A stretch of 64,000 bases of DNA from a virus (lineage: Duplodnaviria > Heunggongvirae > Uroviricota > Caudoviricetes). Below, piece by piece: positions 7,159 through 17,413 of the stretch (its first letter is position 1; every line of letters begins with the position of its first letter). The stretch covers positions 1 through 64,000 of IMG/VR virus record IMGVR_UViG_3300026549_000033; one strand, given 5' to 3'. The notes under the pieces were generated by a model. That model did not search any database and was not told the origin of the DNA. It saw nothing but the letters and a program-made list of their open reading frames with translations. The translations under genes were made by a program, and so were the position numbers.

Positions 7159-9450
7159 ATGTCAAAAAGTTCTAATGACGATATAAATGTAGCTTACCTT
7201 GAGAAACTTGCAGACGCGGTATCAGACGCTGCTATGTCTATGCAAAAAATAAGTGAGAGTTATGGTTCTAATGGTCAGTTAGAGCAGACTTTACGTAGTC
7301 TTGCAAAATCTGTAAATGACGGAACCATGACCACAAAGCAACTCCTTAGAGAAGCAGCTAATACTCAAAAGAACATGAGAAGTGTGGAGTACGGCTTAGA
7401 GAGCACCACAAAATATAATAAGACTGTAAATATGTTTATTAAGCTTATGGAGGAAAGACTTAAAAATTCTAAGCTTGATGAAGTACTTATTAAAAAGTTA
7501 ACTACAGCCTTTGAAAATTTAGATGTAACAGCTATCCTTGAATCTGAAAAAATAGGGCAAAGAGGTGGAAAAGGGGCTCCTCTTAAAAATGTCATGGATA
7601 ATGAAAAATTAGGTAAAGTTAATGAGGATTTAGCTAGAAGGATAGGAGTTCGATACGATAATGCTCAATATAAGTTAATAAACTTCTTTCAAAATGTAGG
7701 GCAAAATATCAAAAAAGGAGTAGTAAACTTCGGGAGAGACTTAATTGAAGGTCTCGAGAAGTCTAGATGGGTAGGTGGAGCTCTTAGAGATACTTTCCGT
7801 TTAATAGGTTTACTTGGAGCTAATTGGCTTCAACAGTTTGGAAAATTAGGAAAAATCTTAGGGGGAGCTTTCTATGTAGCTATGGAGTTAGCAGGACCTA
7901 CTTTAGTTAAACTTCTATTACAAGGGATGGGGAAACTCCTCTTAAAGATTCCTTCATTAATAGGTAGATTTGGTTGGGGTAATGCGGCAGGTGTAGCTAT
8001 TGGAGCTGCCGGAGCTATGTGGGCTTTTGATGAAGCAAAAGATTCTGAAAGAAGAGGACGTAAAGGAAACGCAGCCGCTTTTAGGACAGGCGGAGTTGCA
8101 ATGGGGGCAGGGGCTGCTGCTTTAGGAGTTACAGGATTAGCTACTTTAGGTGCAAGTGCAGCAGGAGCTATGGGAGCTACAGGACTTGCAGGGGTGCTAT
8201 CGGGTATTGCTGCTGCTTTAGGACCTATTGGATGGACTTTATTAGCAATAGGTGGAGCTGTTGCGGGTATTGCAGTCTTATGGAAAAACCACAGCGAAAC
8301 TATTAAAAAGTGGGCAGGTAAATTTATGACTTTTGTAAATAAAGTCATAGACTTTATGGCAATGTTTAACCCTATTTTTAAAGCAATTCAATGGATTAGA
8401 GATAATTGGCCTTTTGGAGAAAAAGGAACTGGGGGCTCAATTGGGGGAAATAACCCTAATAAAGGTACGGGTATTGCTGACTCTATTATAGATAACAAAA
8501 AAGGAAATTATGTTACCTATGGGAAAATGAAAGTTTCCAAAAGAGACGGTTCTATACTCAATTTAAGTGAGCTCTCTCAAGATGAAGCTTCGGCGGCTTT
8601 ACAAGCTTATGAAAAAGCGGATCCAACTTCTTTTAACAGAGTTTATGAATGGGTAGCAGGCGACAAAGCTAGCTTACAGTCACACTCTACGGACGCTGTA
8701 AAAAAAGTTAATGGTAAAGTAGTTGCAGCACTTAGTAAAAAAGGGACGTCTCAAGAAGTTGAGGATCTACGGAACATGCTTATGAGTATGGGGATGTCTA
8801 AACAGAAAGCTTCCGAGTTTGTTCAAACTTCAGGTAAACTCACAGGAAGTAACACTCAACACTCTGTGGGAGGATGGAAGTCACATAATAATCAGTATGG
8901 TCTTGGTATAGACTTAGCAGGAGGACAATCGTGGACAGGTCAAGATTATCTTAATAATTACGAAGCGATTAAACAATTCTATCGTGCTAGGGGGTTTGAA
9001 GTGGCCTTAGAAAGACCTGGACAAGGTAAAAGTACTGGGTGGCACTATGACATTAAACCTGCTTCAAATTTCAGACCTACAGGAGCTATGGAAAACTTTA
9101 GTGAGTATGAGTCTCAACAGAAAGCTGTAGCTGAGCAACGTTCAATAGCACTTAAGAGCGTAGCTGAATTTGCAGACGCAGCCGAAGTAAAACGCATAAA
9201 AGAGCAAAGAGCTATGCCTATGACGGAAAGAGGTTATTCTGTTAACCTTGATGAAATGAATTTAACGGACGCAGATTACCGAGCAATCTTGAAGAAACAT
9301 GGTATTTATGAAGATAAGAGTACAAATACTTGGATGAGAGAAACAGACAAGGGTATAGAATCTTTATGGTATGATAACGCGGGTAATATGCAATGGCGCT
9401 TGATTTTAAGTACAATGCAGGGGGCTTCACAAGGGTCTACAGGAAGGTAA
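7159..9450 (+). CDS. Tail tape measure protein with a C-terminal peptidase M15 (VanY-like) domain, 763 aa.
   Basis: Gly/Ala-rich hydrophobic repeat core (GAAGAMWAF ... GATGLAGVLSGIAAALGPIGW). C-terminal SHNNQYGLGIDLAG ... GWHYD resembles the SxHxxGxAxD ... WH zinc-peptidase signature. Confidence 0.7.
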   Translation: MSKSSNDDINVAYLEKLADAVSDAAMSMQKISESYGSNGQLEQTLRSLAKSVNDGTMTTKQLLREAANTQKNMRSVEYGLESTTKYNKTVNMFIKLMEERLKNSKLDEVLIKKLTTAFENLDVTAILESEKIGQRGGKGAPLKNVMDNEKLGKVNEDLARRIGVRYDNAQYKLINFFQNVGQNIKKGVVNFGRDLIEGLEKSRWVGGALRDTFRLIGLLGANWLQQFGKLGKILGGAFYVAMELAGPTLVKLLLQGMGKLLLKIPSLIGRFGWGNAAGVAIGAAGAMWAFDEAKDSERRGRKGNAAAFRTGGVAMGAGAAALGVTGLATLGASAAGAMGATGLAGVLSGIAAALGPIGWTLLAIGGAVAGIAVLWKNHSETIKKWAGKFMTFVNKVIDFMAMFNPIFKAIQWIRDNWPFGEKGTGGSIGGNNPNKGTGIADSIIDNKKGNYVTYGKMKVSKRDGSILNLSELSQDEASAALQAYEKADPTSFNRVYEWVAGDKASLQSHSTDAVKKVNGKVVAALSKKGTSQEVEDLRNMLMSMGMSKQKASEFVQTSGKLTGSNTQHSVGGWKSHNNQYGLGIDLAGGQSWTGQDYLNNYEAIKQFYRARGFEVALERPGQGKSTGWHYDIKPASNFRPTGAMENFSEYESQQKAVAEQRSIALKSVAEFADAAEVKRIKEQRAMPMTERGYSVNLDEMNLTDADYRAILKKHGIYEDKSTNTWMRETDKGIESLWYDNAGNMQWRLILSTMQGASQGSTGR

Positions 9451-9453
9451 TAT

Positions 9454-10320
9454 ATGGCAAAATTATTCTTAGATGGTATATTTAATTCAGATAGTAATTC
9501 TCCAAGTACAATTACTATAAGTGTCCCTGTAGCTACAGGTACTTCTTTTATTACTAAGAGCGGGAGTATTTTAAGAGGGTTAATAATAGGAGACCCAACA
9601 TGGTCTGCTTCAAATAAATGGGGTCCAATTATTAATGACCTCTCAAATTTACAGGATTGGGCTTCGTTATTAGGAGAGAATAATCAATTTTCTTGGATTA
9701 ACGCTTCGACTATGTGTTGGAAGGGTACAGCTCCCTTAGCCATTTCAGTAGAATTTTATTTAATAAATTATGCACGTGGTAAGAGTGCTGAACTTAAAAG
9801 GAATTTAAGTAATTTTGTTAAATTAGCGGCTGTCGCAAAATCAGAAAATAATTCTAACTTCAGAGTTCAAGTACATGGTGGCTATGCTCCTGACGTATTA
9901 AGTGGAAATAAAAAGTTTTTCAGTAGTTTTGGAGACATGAAGTCCTTTTTTAACGATAGTAGTAATAGTAGTCAATTAGATTCAACTATAGCAGATATGT
10001 ATGAGGGCTCTGTTGCTAAAGGTTCATTAAGTATTCGTTTTGGTCATAAATCAACGATAAGTAACTTATTACTTTCAAAAGTAAATGTTACAGAGAGCAC
10101 TGTTGAGGTTGCAGGACAAAACGGGGAAAACCCACAACCTTTGTATTATCGTGTTAGTGCCCAATTCACAGGAGTTCAACCTCTCGTAACTACTGAAATT
10201 GACGGTATGTTTGGTTTTTCAAGTTCATCTGATAGTAGTACTGCTCAAGTTGTGACAAAAACCACTGACGCTACAATTGTAGGTGAAGGTGGCGGTAGCG
10301 GCGGTGGAAGTAGCTGGTAA
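9454..10320 (+). CDS. Tail/baseplate structural protein (distal tail-like), 288 aa, Gly-rich C-terminus.
   Basis: Directly follows the tape measure gene. Ends GEGGGSGGGSSW. Confidence 0.4.
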   Translation: MAKLFLDGIFNSDSNSPSTITISVPVATGTSFITKSGSILRGLIIGDPTWSASNKWGPIINDLSNLQDWASLLGENNQFSWINASTMCWKGTAPLAISVEFYLINYARGKSAELKRNLSNFVKLAAVAKSENNSNFRVQVHGGYAPDVLSGNKKFFSSFGDMKSFFNDSSNSSQLDSTIADMYEGSVAKGSLSIRFGHKSTISNLLLSKVNVTESTVEVAGQNGENPQPLYYRVSAQFTGVQPLVTTEIDGMFGFSSSSDSSTAQVVTKTTDATIVGEGGGSGGGSSW

Positions 10321-10332
10321 GGAAAATAAATT

Positions 10333-10674
10333 ATGGCATTTTATATGAGAGATTTTAAAAGTGAAGAAAAATATGATATTTCAAAGTTTTTAAACTTTGA
10401 ACAGGACGTTTACGACGTTATAAATTCGCCTTTTTTAATTCAGGTTCAGCAACTTCCTACTAAAGAATACTATTATGTAGATAATGGATTCAAAGAAATA
10501 GACCTTATATCCACAGAAAAGTATGGAGACCCGTTTTTTTCTTATATAATTCAGTTCTATAACAATGACTTTAGAGAAACTTTCCCTGAAGGAACTATTT
10601 TAAAGTTATTTTCAATAGATGACTTAAATGAAATTTATCATAATTTGGCAACTTTAAGTAATACAAATGATTAG
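10333..10674 (+). CDS. Small tail protein with a LysM-like segment (gpX-like), 113 aa.
   Basis: YYVDNGFKEIDLISTEKYGD ... PEGTILKL resembles a LysM fold. Position after the tape measure gene. Confidence 0.3.
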   Translation: MAFYMRDFKSEEKYDISKFLNFEQDVYDVINSPFLIQVQQLPTKEYYYVDNGFKEIDLISTEKYGDPFFSYIIQFYNNDFRETFPEGTILKLFSIDDLNEIYHNLATLSNTND

Positions 10675-10685
10675 AGAGAGAAGTA

Positions 10686-13166
10686 ATGCAGTTAAGTGAC
10701 AAGGTATTTTTAGAAATAAAAGTAAAAGGTTCGGATAAAGAGGGTATTGTTTCTTATGATATGCTTAAGAAATTTGAGCTAGTAGAAACAGCAGGGACCT
10801 CCCTCCCTTATATATGCTTTTCTTTTGCGACTTTTGATAAAGGTTTGGCAGACTTATTTATTGAGAATAATTTGGTTACGGTTTCAATAGGTGAGACCAG
10901 AGAGAATTCTCATTCTTTTAATTTACGGGCTATAGTTAATTCTAAAGATACAGACGCTTCTAATAATTCGTGGACTGTTTATTACGGTGGGTTTATAGGT
11001 AGTAATGAGTTCATGATGGATAAAGGTATTTGTAAAGACTACCCCGGTAACTCTTTAATGGTAGCAAAGCAGATAATTAAAGAGCGCGCAGGAGGAAATC
11101 CTACGGTAGATACAGACATTGAAAAAACTAATGAAAATCAAGTATTGTGGAGACAGCTATATACTACTTCAAATATATTTTTGGTTGATACCTTACTACA
11201 TATGGATATACAGCCGTCCTTTCCGCTCTTTGCTTTTGACAAATTTGGGACTTTTCACATCAGAGATTTTAATAAATTGAAGGAGAAAGAACCTCAATGG
11301 GTGTTCACTCCCGCCCCGGCAAACGCAGGAAATGAAATACAGTATTTAAATAATTTCAATGTACAGAGTTTTAAATCTTCTTATAACTTATATTCAGGAT
11401 ATAATAAATCTACTGAGATTTATGGAGTAGCTTCAGGTATGCCTGATTATATAGTGGACGATAATGTCCCTATTTTAGCTTCTACTAAAGAAACAGAGCA
11501 TTTTGGTTCAGGAAATCGTATCTCTCTTAACAAAATACAGAGTGATAATGTTCATCATACCTATATGGAAGCTTATGCTCATAATACAAATTGTTTAATG
11601 TCAATGTCCTCCATGTTAGGATGTTTGAGGTTGGCCGGATATTACCCAAATTTAAAACCTACAGACTTAGTATTTGTAAAAATGGACGGTAATTCTGCTT
11701 CTGACTTATCTATTGAAGGTAAATATATAATTGATACAATAGTTATTTCTCCTGAATTTCAAAATGGAATTGTTAATACCTTTATATATGTCACAAGAGA
11801 TAACAATAATAATGTAGAAAACTTCATAACTGAGAAAAAAGAAAGAATGAAGATTACTAAAAAGGTTATGAGGGCTTTAGCAAATGCTGCGTCTCAGGCA
11901 AGATTGGCCCTTTCTGCGGCAGCTCAGATATTTGACGGAACTTTCACAAGAGCTTGCATGTCCTATGTAACCGCTACCAAAGTAAATTTATTAAGAATGT
12001 TTTCAATAAGCGGGACAATGGTAGATTTTACTTCTCAGGCTTATTTTTTACAGAGTTTACTTCTCCAAGGAAATACTCTTATGAATATTCTCATGAATAT
12101 GATATTCCCAAGGTCTATAGCTTTAATGCTAAGGGATTTCTTATTAGAGAAACCGTCGAAACGAAATTTATTAAGTAAGTATATTGCAGAGAATGTCCCT
12201 TTTGAATTACAGGGGTTAGTATCAGATGTGGCAGATTCACTTATGGCTGTCCACAGCTCATTAAATTCTATAGCAGAAGATAATAATATAACAGCAAGGG
12301 AGATACCTTCAGTGTTCAAAGAAGACTCAGATTACAATGAAACAGAAAATAGGATCAATTCTATTTTTGAAGAATTTGAAAATAATACTACAGGATTAGA
12401 TATCCCATTCCCAATCATTGAATTAACTGAAGAGCAAGAACTTCTTCCGTTGGCTGATCTTAGGGATTTAATGGCTGTTGAAACTATAGCTAATTTAACT
12501 GAACTTGGGTACATGGACGGAGTAGATACTGACGAATTTAAAAATATCTTAGTTGGTAAAGAGCCAATTAACTTTGACCTTATAAATCAAATAAATGAAA
12601 ATGCAGGTAATAAATTTAATTATAGGTATTGGGGAACTTACGGACCTGCAAATGAGGCTCTTTATGCTTGGTCTGTAGAAGATAATGTTGTTTATACTAA
12701 GAGTGCTGAATTAACTATATATTCAAGACTTTATAATAACGACGCTTCTCCATATGTAGGTGTAAATTTTAAATTACAAGAAGAAAATGAAAAGTATTTT
12801 ATAACCTACACAGATATTAGCGGAGAAGTAACTGTAGCAGAAAGAAATGAAGAATTAGACGTAAATTCGGATGCACTCGTACAGTTAACTGAATATTATA
12901 TTACAAAAGGATATAAAGACCGCTACAGAACTCTCCCTTGTACTAAATTAGTAAGTGCTACAAAGAACTCACGCTTATATTTTGCTTGCCCACAAAGTGA
13001 AGAAAATTTGAGATTTTATATAAATTCAAAAAGAGTACTTCTTAAGAGCTTCTCTATTGATTTAGGATTTAGAGATTCAATGGGAGCAAAAATTTTGTAT
13101 AACGTTTACTATACAGAGACAGGCTACAATTCTAATAGTACCATGTTGGAGATAAGGCAGGGTTAA
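10686..13166 (+). CDS. Large baseplate/tail-associated structural protein, 826 aa.
   Basis: Size and position between the tape measure gene and the spike gene. No catalytic motif seen. Confidence 0.4.
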   Translation: MQLSDKVFLEIKVKGSDKEGIVSYDMLKKFELVETAGTSLPYICFSFATFDKGLADLFIENNLVTVSIGETRENSHSFNLRAIVNSKDTDASNNSWTVYYGGFIGSNEFMMDKGICKDYPGNSLMVAKQIIKERAGGNPTVDTDIEKTNENQVLWRQLYTTSNIFLVDTLLHMDIQPSFPLFAFDKFGTFHIRDFNKLKEKEPQWVFTPAPANAGNEIQYLNNFNVQSFKSSYNLYSGYNKSTEIYGVASGMPDYIVDDNVPILASTKETEHFGSGNRISLNKIQSDNVHHTYMEAYAHNTNCLMSMSSMLGCLRLAGYYPNLKPTDLVFVKMDGNSASDLSIEGKYIIDTIVISPEFQNGIVNTFIYVTRDNNNNVENFITEKKERMKITKKVMRALANAASQARLALSAAAQIFDGTFTRACMSYVTATKVNLLRMFSISGTMVDFTSQAYFLQSLLLQGNTLMNILMNMIFPRSIALMLRDFLLEKPSKRNLLSKYIAENVPFELQGLVSDVADSLMAVHSSLNSIAEDNNITAREIPSVFKEDSDYNETENRINSIFEEFENNTTGLDIPFPIIELTEEQELLPLADLRDLMAVETIANLTELGYMDGVDTDEFKNILVGKEPINFDLINQINENAGNKFNYRYWGTYGPANEALYAWSVEDNVVYTKSAELTIYSRLYNNDASPYVGVNFKLQEENEKYFITYTDISGEVTVAERNEELDVNSDALVQLTEYYITKGYKDRYRTLPCTKLVSATKNSRLYFACPQSEENLRFYINSKRVLLKSFSIDLGFRDSMGAKILYNVYYTETGYNSNSTMLEIRQG

Positions 13167-13168
13167 CT

Positions 13169-13900
13169 ATGTTAATTAAACCTTTTACACCATTACTAAA
13201 AGAACAAACAGACCCGACTACAATGTCATATATAGGGAATGTTGTGGATAACAATGATCCTAAGAAATTAGGAAGAGTTAAAGTTCAAATTTCTCCATAT
13301 GCAGACTTGAGTGTGGAGGCAATTCCTTGGGCTTCCCCCTTTTTAGCTTCTCATGGAAATAGTCAAGATTATGGAGGTATAAATATCCCTGAAATTGGAA
13401 GTCAGGTTCGTGTGACATTTCCAAGTAAGGATTTTACAGCTCCTTATTATAGTGGTGCTGAATTAAATGAAACCACAAGGACTACCTTCTTTGACGACGA
13501 TTATCCTCATACTTATGGTTACAAAGACTCTGTAGGTAATTTTGTTAAAATAAATAAAGAAAGAGGTACTGCACAAATTCAGCATTCCTCAACTACAAAT
13601 ATGCAAGTTTCCCCTGACGGTTCTATAAAAGTGGGTCTTGCAGGTGGAGCTTACTTTATATTCGATAATGAAAATAATTTTGAGTTAAATATTGGAACTC
13701 TTGACATAAGTGGAAGTGCTGACGGTTCTTTAAGTGTAGACGCGAATAACGAAATTAATATTTCTACAGGGCAAGTAAACATTTCAGGTAACGTGGCTAT
13801 AGACGGAGACCTGAACATAAAGAATGGGGTTAGCGGGAGTTTTATGGCAATGGGAAATCTTGTTATGGTCGAAAACGGGATTATTGTAGCGATATTATAA
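13169..13900 (+). CDS. Baseplate central spike protein (P2 gpV / T4 gp5 OB-domain family) with a C-terminal beta-helix-like repeat.
   Basis: LGRVKVQISPY ... IPWASPF ... PEIGSQVRVTFP matches the Phage_base_V pattern. C-terminal NISTGQVNISGNVAIDGDLNIKNG repeats. Confidence 0.65.
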   Translation: MLIKPFTPLLKEQTDPTTMSYIGNVVDNNDPKKLGRVKVQISPYADLSVEAIPWASPFLASHGNSQDYGGINIPEIGSQVRVTFPSKDFTAPYYSGAELNETTRTTFFDDDYPHTYGYKDSVGNFVKINKERGTAQIQHSSTTNMQVSPDGSIKVGLAGGAYFIFDNENNFELNIGTLDISGSADGSLSVDANNEINISTGQVNISGNVAIDGDLNIKNGVSGSFMAMGNLVMVENGIIVAIL

Positions 13901-13910
13901 GGAAGATTAA

Positions 13911-14786
13911 ATGGTAGACGAATTACCTCTAATACAAATTACAAATAGAGAATATGAAAGATCTGTTAAAGCCTCTCAACGAAGAATGAAGCAAAAGGAA
14001 AAAGAAAAGGAGAGGAATAAAGCTGCTACTAAAAAGAAATCTTCAAAAGGGGGTAGTGGCCCTCTAGCCTTTTTAAAAACTACAAATGAGTGGCTTGAAG
14101 ACGTTCCTGTAAGAATAATTGCTGCTTATGATAATTTTGTAGGTAATGGTGAGGACTTAGTTCAAAGCAAAGTTGATACTTTCTGTGTATGGTTGTCATG
14201 GAAAGTTAATATTGCTGTAGAAAGGAAAAGGCAGGCTGTTTTAAGAATACTTTATGGTCAGTATCAATCTACTGTTGCTGGAAAAGTAATGAAAATGGCT
14301 AATGCTATTAAGAGCTTTTGTTCAGACCCTTTAGGTGCTCTCGGAACTTTTGCAGGGGCAATTTTTGGTCCTGTAGCTTCTGTTTTTAAATGGATTGTGG
14401 AATTAGCTGCAGAAATTATTAAGTTAGCTGCAAATTTAGCAAAAATAATGGCAGTCCTTCCGCCAAATCCACCAAGCCCTCATATTAACTATGACAAATT
14501 TAAATTAAAAGTAAAATCTATAAGTATGGCTGAAGTTACTTCAGACCCTAATACTCTTCCACCACCTGAGGTCATGTTTCCCGAACCTCCTAAACCTTTT
14601 ACAAAAGAGACATTTAAGGAAGGATTTGAAAAAGCCACAGCTTCTTTGAAAAGCGGAAGAAAAAAGTATACATTGAGTGAAGAAGATAAAAAATCATTAG
14701 CGGGATTTGATGTAAGTTATAATATTTCTGATTATATTAAGGAAGCGTCTACCCCTGAGATTAATATAGACTCTGCTATTTCTTAA
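13911..14786 (+). CDS. Hypothetical protein, 291 aa, with a basic N-terminus and a central hydrophobic helix (possible tail or membrane-interacting protein).
   Basis: KQKEKEKERNKAATKKK N-terminal region. Hydrophobic stretch ALGTFAGAIFGPVASVFKWIVELAAEII. Confidence 0.5.
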   Translation: MVDELPLIQITNREYERSVKASQRRMKQKEKEKERNKAATKKKSSKGGSGPLAFLKTTNEWLEDVPVRIIAAYDNFVGNGEDLVQSKVDTFCVWLSWKVNIAVERKRQAVLRILYGQYQSTVAGKVMKMANAIKSFCSDPLGALGTFAGAIFGPVASVFKWIVELAAEIIKLAANLAKIMAVLPPNPPSPHINYDKFKLKVKSISMAEVTSDPNTLPPPEVMFPEPPKPFTKETFKEGFEKATASLKSGRKKYTLSEEDKKSLAGFDVSYNISDYIKEASTPEINIDSAIS

Positions 14787-14788
14787 TT

Positions 14789-14817
14789 TTGACATAATCT
14801 ACTTTTTTTGATATAAT
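14789..14817 (+). promoter_or_regulatory. Sigma-70-like promoter TTGACA-N17-TATAAT.
   Basis: ttgaca at 14789-14794, a 17-nt spacer, tataat at 14812-14817, then an RBS and the ATG at 14824. Confidence 0.65.
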
Positions 14818-14823
14818 AGGGGC

Positions 14824-15693
14824 ATGAAGAGACTAATCCTAATTGATTTTTCGTGGCTTTATAACAGATACTACTATGTGGCATCTTATAATATTTCTAT
14901 GAGTGAAGGACAGGTTGACCTAAAAGAAGTTCTTGAGCGTATGCTTTTACAATTTTTAACATTGGTTCATCGGTCATATCCAAGTGCTAAGATATTAATG
15001 GCCTTAGACCCTTCAACCTCGAATTTAAAAAATAAAGCTATATTTGAAGGGTATAAGCAGAACCGTAATAAAGAAGCAAAGAAAGAAGTCTATCAGCATA
15101 TTGTAGATATTATAAAAGATTTATCAAGTAAGTTAGATTCAGAAGTTTTTTACTTCATAAGAGAAAAACTTTATGAAGCTGATCAGTTATTAGCTTTTAC
15201 AGTAAAAAAGTTTCATAAAACTCATGAAATAATAATATACAGTGGGGATAAAGATTTACTGCAACTTACTTCTTATCCTAATACTTTTATAGCAGATAAG
15301 TTTGAGAAAGGGCATTTCCTTATAAAGACTGACGAAGAAATCTTTCAGAAATTCAAGAATAGTAAAGGAGAGGACTTTTCAAGAATAAGCACTAATAAAA
15401 GGGATATTCTTAAGTATAGGTCACTCAAAGGGGACCCGTCAGATAATTTAAGCTCTGTTTTTCCGAGAATAAAGGACAAGGAAATAGCAGAAATTATTAA
15501 AAACCATTGGGTTGATAATCAAGAAGAACCTTTAACGGAAGAAAGAATTGACAAAATTATAGAAGATGATTTACAATTTGAAAATCCGTCTTTAGCAGAG
15601 AAATTACGTAACAGCAAAGACGTGTGGTTAAGAAATTATAAAATAATGGATTTACTGCATGTAGACGACATGAATATAAGGAGATTAAAGTAA
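14824..15693 (+). CDS. 5'-3' exonuclease / flap endonuclease (T4 RNase H family).
   Basis: N-terminal LILIDFSWL, then YKQNRNK, YEADQ, IIYSGDKDLLQL and LKGDPSDN match FEN/RNase H motifs. Confidence 0.75.
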   Translation: MKRLILIDFSWLYNRYYYVASYNISMSEGQVDLKEVLERMLLQFLTLVHRSYPSAKILMALDPSTSNLKNKAIFEGYKQNRNKEAKKEVYQHIVDIIKDLSSKLDSEVFYFIREKLYEADQLLAFTVKKFHKTHEIIIYSGDKDLLQLTSYPNTFIADKFEKGHFLIKTDEEIFQKFKNSKGEDFSRISTNKRDILKYRSLKGDPSDNLSSVFPRIKDKEIAEIIKNHWVDNQEEPLTEERIDKIIEDDLQFENPSLAEKLRNSKDVWLRNYKIMDLLHVDDMNIRRLK

Positions 15694-15906
15694 GTGCTTG
15701 GAAAGAAACCGAAAAGTTATGGAGAAGAAATAAGTAAAAAAGTAGATGATATTTTGAAGCAAATTCAGAATGATAGAGATCTATATGACGAAGAAACAGA
15801 AAAACAACTCAAAGAAGTTAGAGACTCTGATTGGCATACTACTAAATACCTTAGAGAAATTCTTTGGGAGTTGAGGTACGCACGCAGAAGGGCAAACAGG
15901 CCTTAA
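15694..15906 (+). CDS. Hypothetical protein, 70 aa (GTG start).
   Basis: ORF with a charged coiled-coil-like composition. Confidence 0.4.
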   Translation: MLGKKPKSYGEEISKKVDDILKQIQNDRDLYDEETEKQLKEVRDSDWHTTKYLREILWELRYARRRANRP

Positions 15907-15917
15907 AGGAGGGAAAA

Positions 15918-16145
15918 ATGATAATTATAGGAGTATTAAATCTTTTAGTATTGCTTTTTATAGCATTGAATGCAGCTTGTATTCTTAATTTTTTGATAAG
16001 GATAACAGGAGACATATCTTCAATTCAAGATTATCAGTCAAGAAAGCATGCCAAAATAGTAGCAAAAGACATGAAGAAGAAAGGCTATGTAATGACTGAA
16101 AAAGGGAAAGAACTCTTAAAAGCAAACACAGGGAAAGACATATAG
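15918..16145 (+). CDS. Small membrane protein (single TM).
   Basis: ATG at 15918 preceded by aaaggagggaaaa. Hydrophobic IIIGVLNLLVLLFIALNAACIL. Confidence 0.5.
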   Translation: MIIIGVLNLLVLLFIALNAACILNFLIRITGDISSIQDYQSRKHAKIVAKDMKKKGYVMTEKGKELLKANTGKDI

Positions 16146-16985
16146 ATGGCTAAAATAACCTTAAGAGATTATCAACAGGACGCGGTAAAGTTTGCGCTTA
16201 ATGTTAAGAAGTGTGAATTTTGTATGCGCGTAGGTTCGGGAAAGACAATTTGTGCCATGTTCTCTTTACGTGCTTTCTTTAAAAGGAAACTTATAGATAA
16301 GGCAGTTATAGCTTGTACAAAATCTTCAGTTCCTGTATTTGTAGAGGATTTTAAAGAAAAAGCAGGTATGGAAGTTCCTGTAATTGAAGACGCAGAAGAT
16401 TTTGTTAAGTTTTTTAAAGGGAAAGAAAAGGTCTGCATAGTTAAGCATTCTATGTTTGAGAAAGCAGGAAATGACCTCATGACAATAAAGAAGCTTGAGA
16501 AGATATACGATAGTGGGTGTAAAGTAGCTCTTGTAATAGACGAAGCTCATAAAATGCAGAACCCCGAAGGAGTGCAACATGACGCTTATTTTCATATTGA
16601 AGAAATGTTTGACAGAGTAATCCTTATGACAGCAACTCCTTATTCTTCTTGCTTAAGTCAGTTTTACGGTTTAATACATCTCATATATCCAAAGTTGTGG
16701 AGGTCTAAGCGACAATTCTTTGATAACTACATAGACGAGATAGCTATAAAAGACCCAAGAACTCATAGAATTGTAAGGAAAGAAAAGGTAAGATATAAGA
16801 ATTTGAAAGAGTTCAGAGCAAAGATAGAGCCTTTTACTTATTTCTATTATCCTTCGATACCTCTTCAGCATATTGAGCACAAATGTAAGTTAAGTGAAGA
16901 GCATATGAATGAGTATTTGCGTCTTTGTTGGGGGATCATTGATTCCGAAACTCAAGAAAAGATAGATAAATTAAGGGAGAAATAA
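16146..16985 (+). CDS. SNF2-family helicase, N-terminal ATPase lobe only (motifs I, II, III), 279 aa.
   Basis: GSGKT (Walker A), VIDEAHKMQN (DEAH), LMTATPYSS (motif III), with the ORF ending soon after. The Helicase_C lobe is a separate ORF at 30710. Confidence 0.7.
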   Translation: MAKITLRDYQQDAVKFALNVKKCEFCMRVGSGKTICAMFSLRAFFKRKLIDKAVIACTKSSVPVFVEDFKEKAGMEVPVIEDAEDFVKFFKGKEKVCIVKHSMFEKAGNDLMTIKKLEKIYDSGCKVALVIDEAHKMQNPEGVQHDAYFHIEEMFDRVILMTATPYSSCLSQFYGLIHLIYPKLWRSKRQFFDNYIDEIAIKDPRTHRIVRKEKVRYKNLKEFRAKIEPFTYFYYPSIPLQHIEHKCKLSEEHMNEYLRLCWGIIDSETQEKIDKLREK

Positions 16986-16986
16986 A

Positions 16987-17184
16987 ATGTTAGAACGAGA
17001 CGAAAAAATAATTGATTTTGAAGTATATAAATATGTTGTATCAAACATTTTCTACTTGGTTGCACTTATATTAGTATTACTCGTAACTTTGGTGTTCTAT
17101 ATAATTTGTCTTCCATTTATGTGGCTTACTCCCACTCAAAGATTGTTTATACATTTTGAATGTTTAATAAAAGAATTAATATAA
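16987..17184 (+). CDS. Small membrane protein, 65 aa.
   Basis: Strongly hydrophobic core. Confidence 0.4.
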   Translation: MLERDEKIIDFEVYKYVVSNIFYLVALILVLLVTLVFYIICLPFMWLTPTQRLFIHFECLIKELI

Positions 17185-17196
17185 AGGGAGAAATAA

Positions 17197-17376
17197 ATGA
17201 ATTCAAAATTTGAAGAAAGACTTAAATATTGGTTAAGAGAAGCTTCAGACGAAGGATGCTGCGGTTTTGTGTATGACCACGATTTACCTGAGGAAGAGCA
17301 GGAAGATTGGATGTACTTTGAAAAAATGGCTTTAGAAGACATAGATAATTTTATGTCAAACTATGGTATTGAATAA
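17197..17376 (+). CDS. Small acidic protein, 59 aa (not in the supplied ORF track).
   Basis: ATG at 17197 preceded by aagggagaaataa. Open to a TAA at 17374-17376. Confidence 0.45.
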   Translation: MNSKFEERLKYWLREASDEGCCGFVYDHDLPEEEQEDWMYFEKMALEDIDNFMSNYGIE

Positions 17377-17413
17377 CCTTGCATAAACTCAAAAAATATG
17401 ATAGGATAAAACT

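Noticed and set aside
7872-8348. 158-aa minus-strand ORF rich in Ala/Pro inside the tape measure gene.
   Set aside because: It is the antisense reading of the Gly/Ala-rich repeat region of the tape measure gene (GCN-rich codons read backwards). There is no RBS and it lies wholly within a confident plus-strand CDS.
11954-12514. Several short plus- and minus-strand ORFs inside the 826-aa structural gene.
   Set aside because: All are nested in alternative frames of a long, well-supported CDS.
16326-16595. Minus-strand 89-aa ORF and other antisense ORFs inside the SNF2 N-lobe gene.
   Set aside because: Nested within a CDS with clear helicase motifs. AT-rich antisense frames are commonly open by chance.
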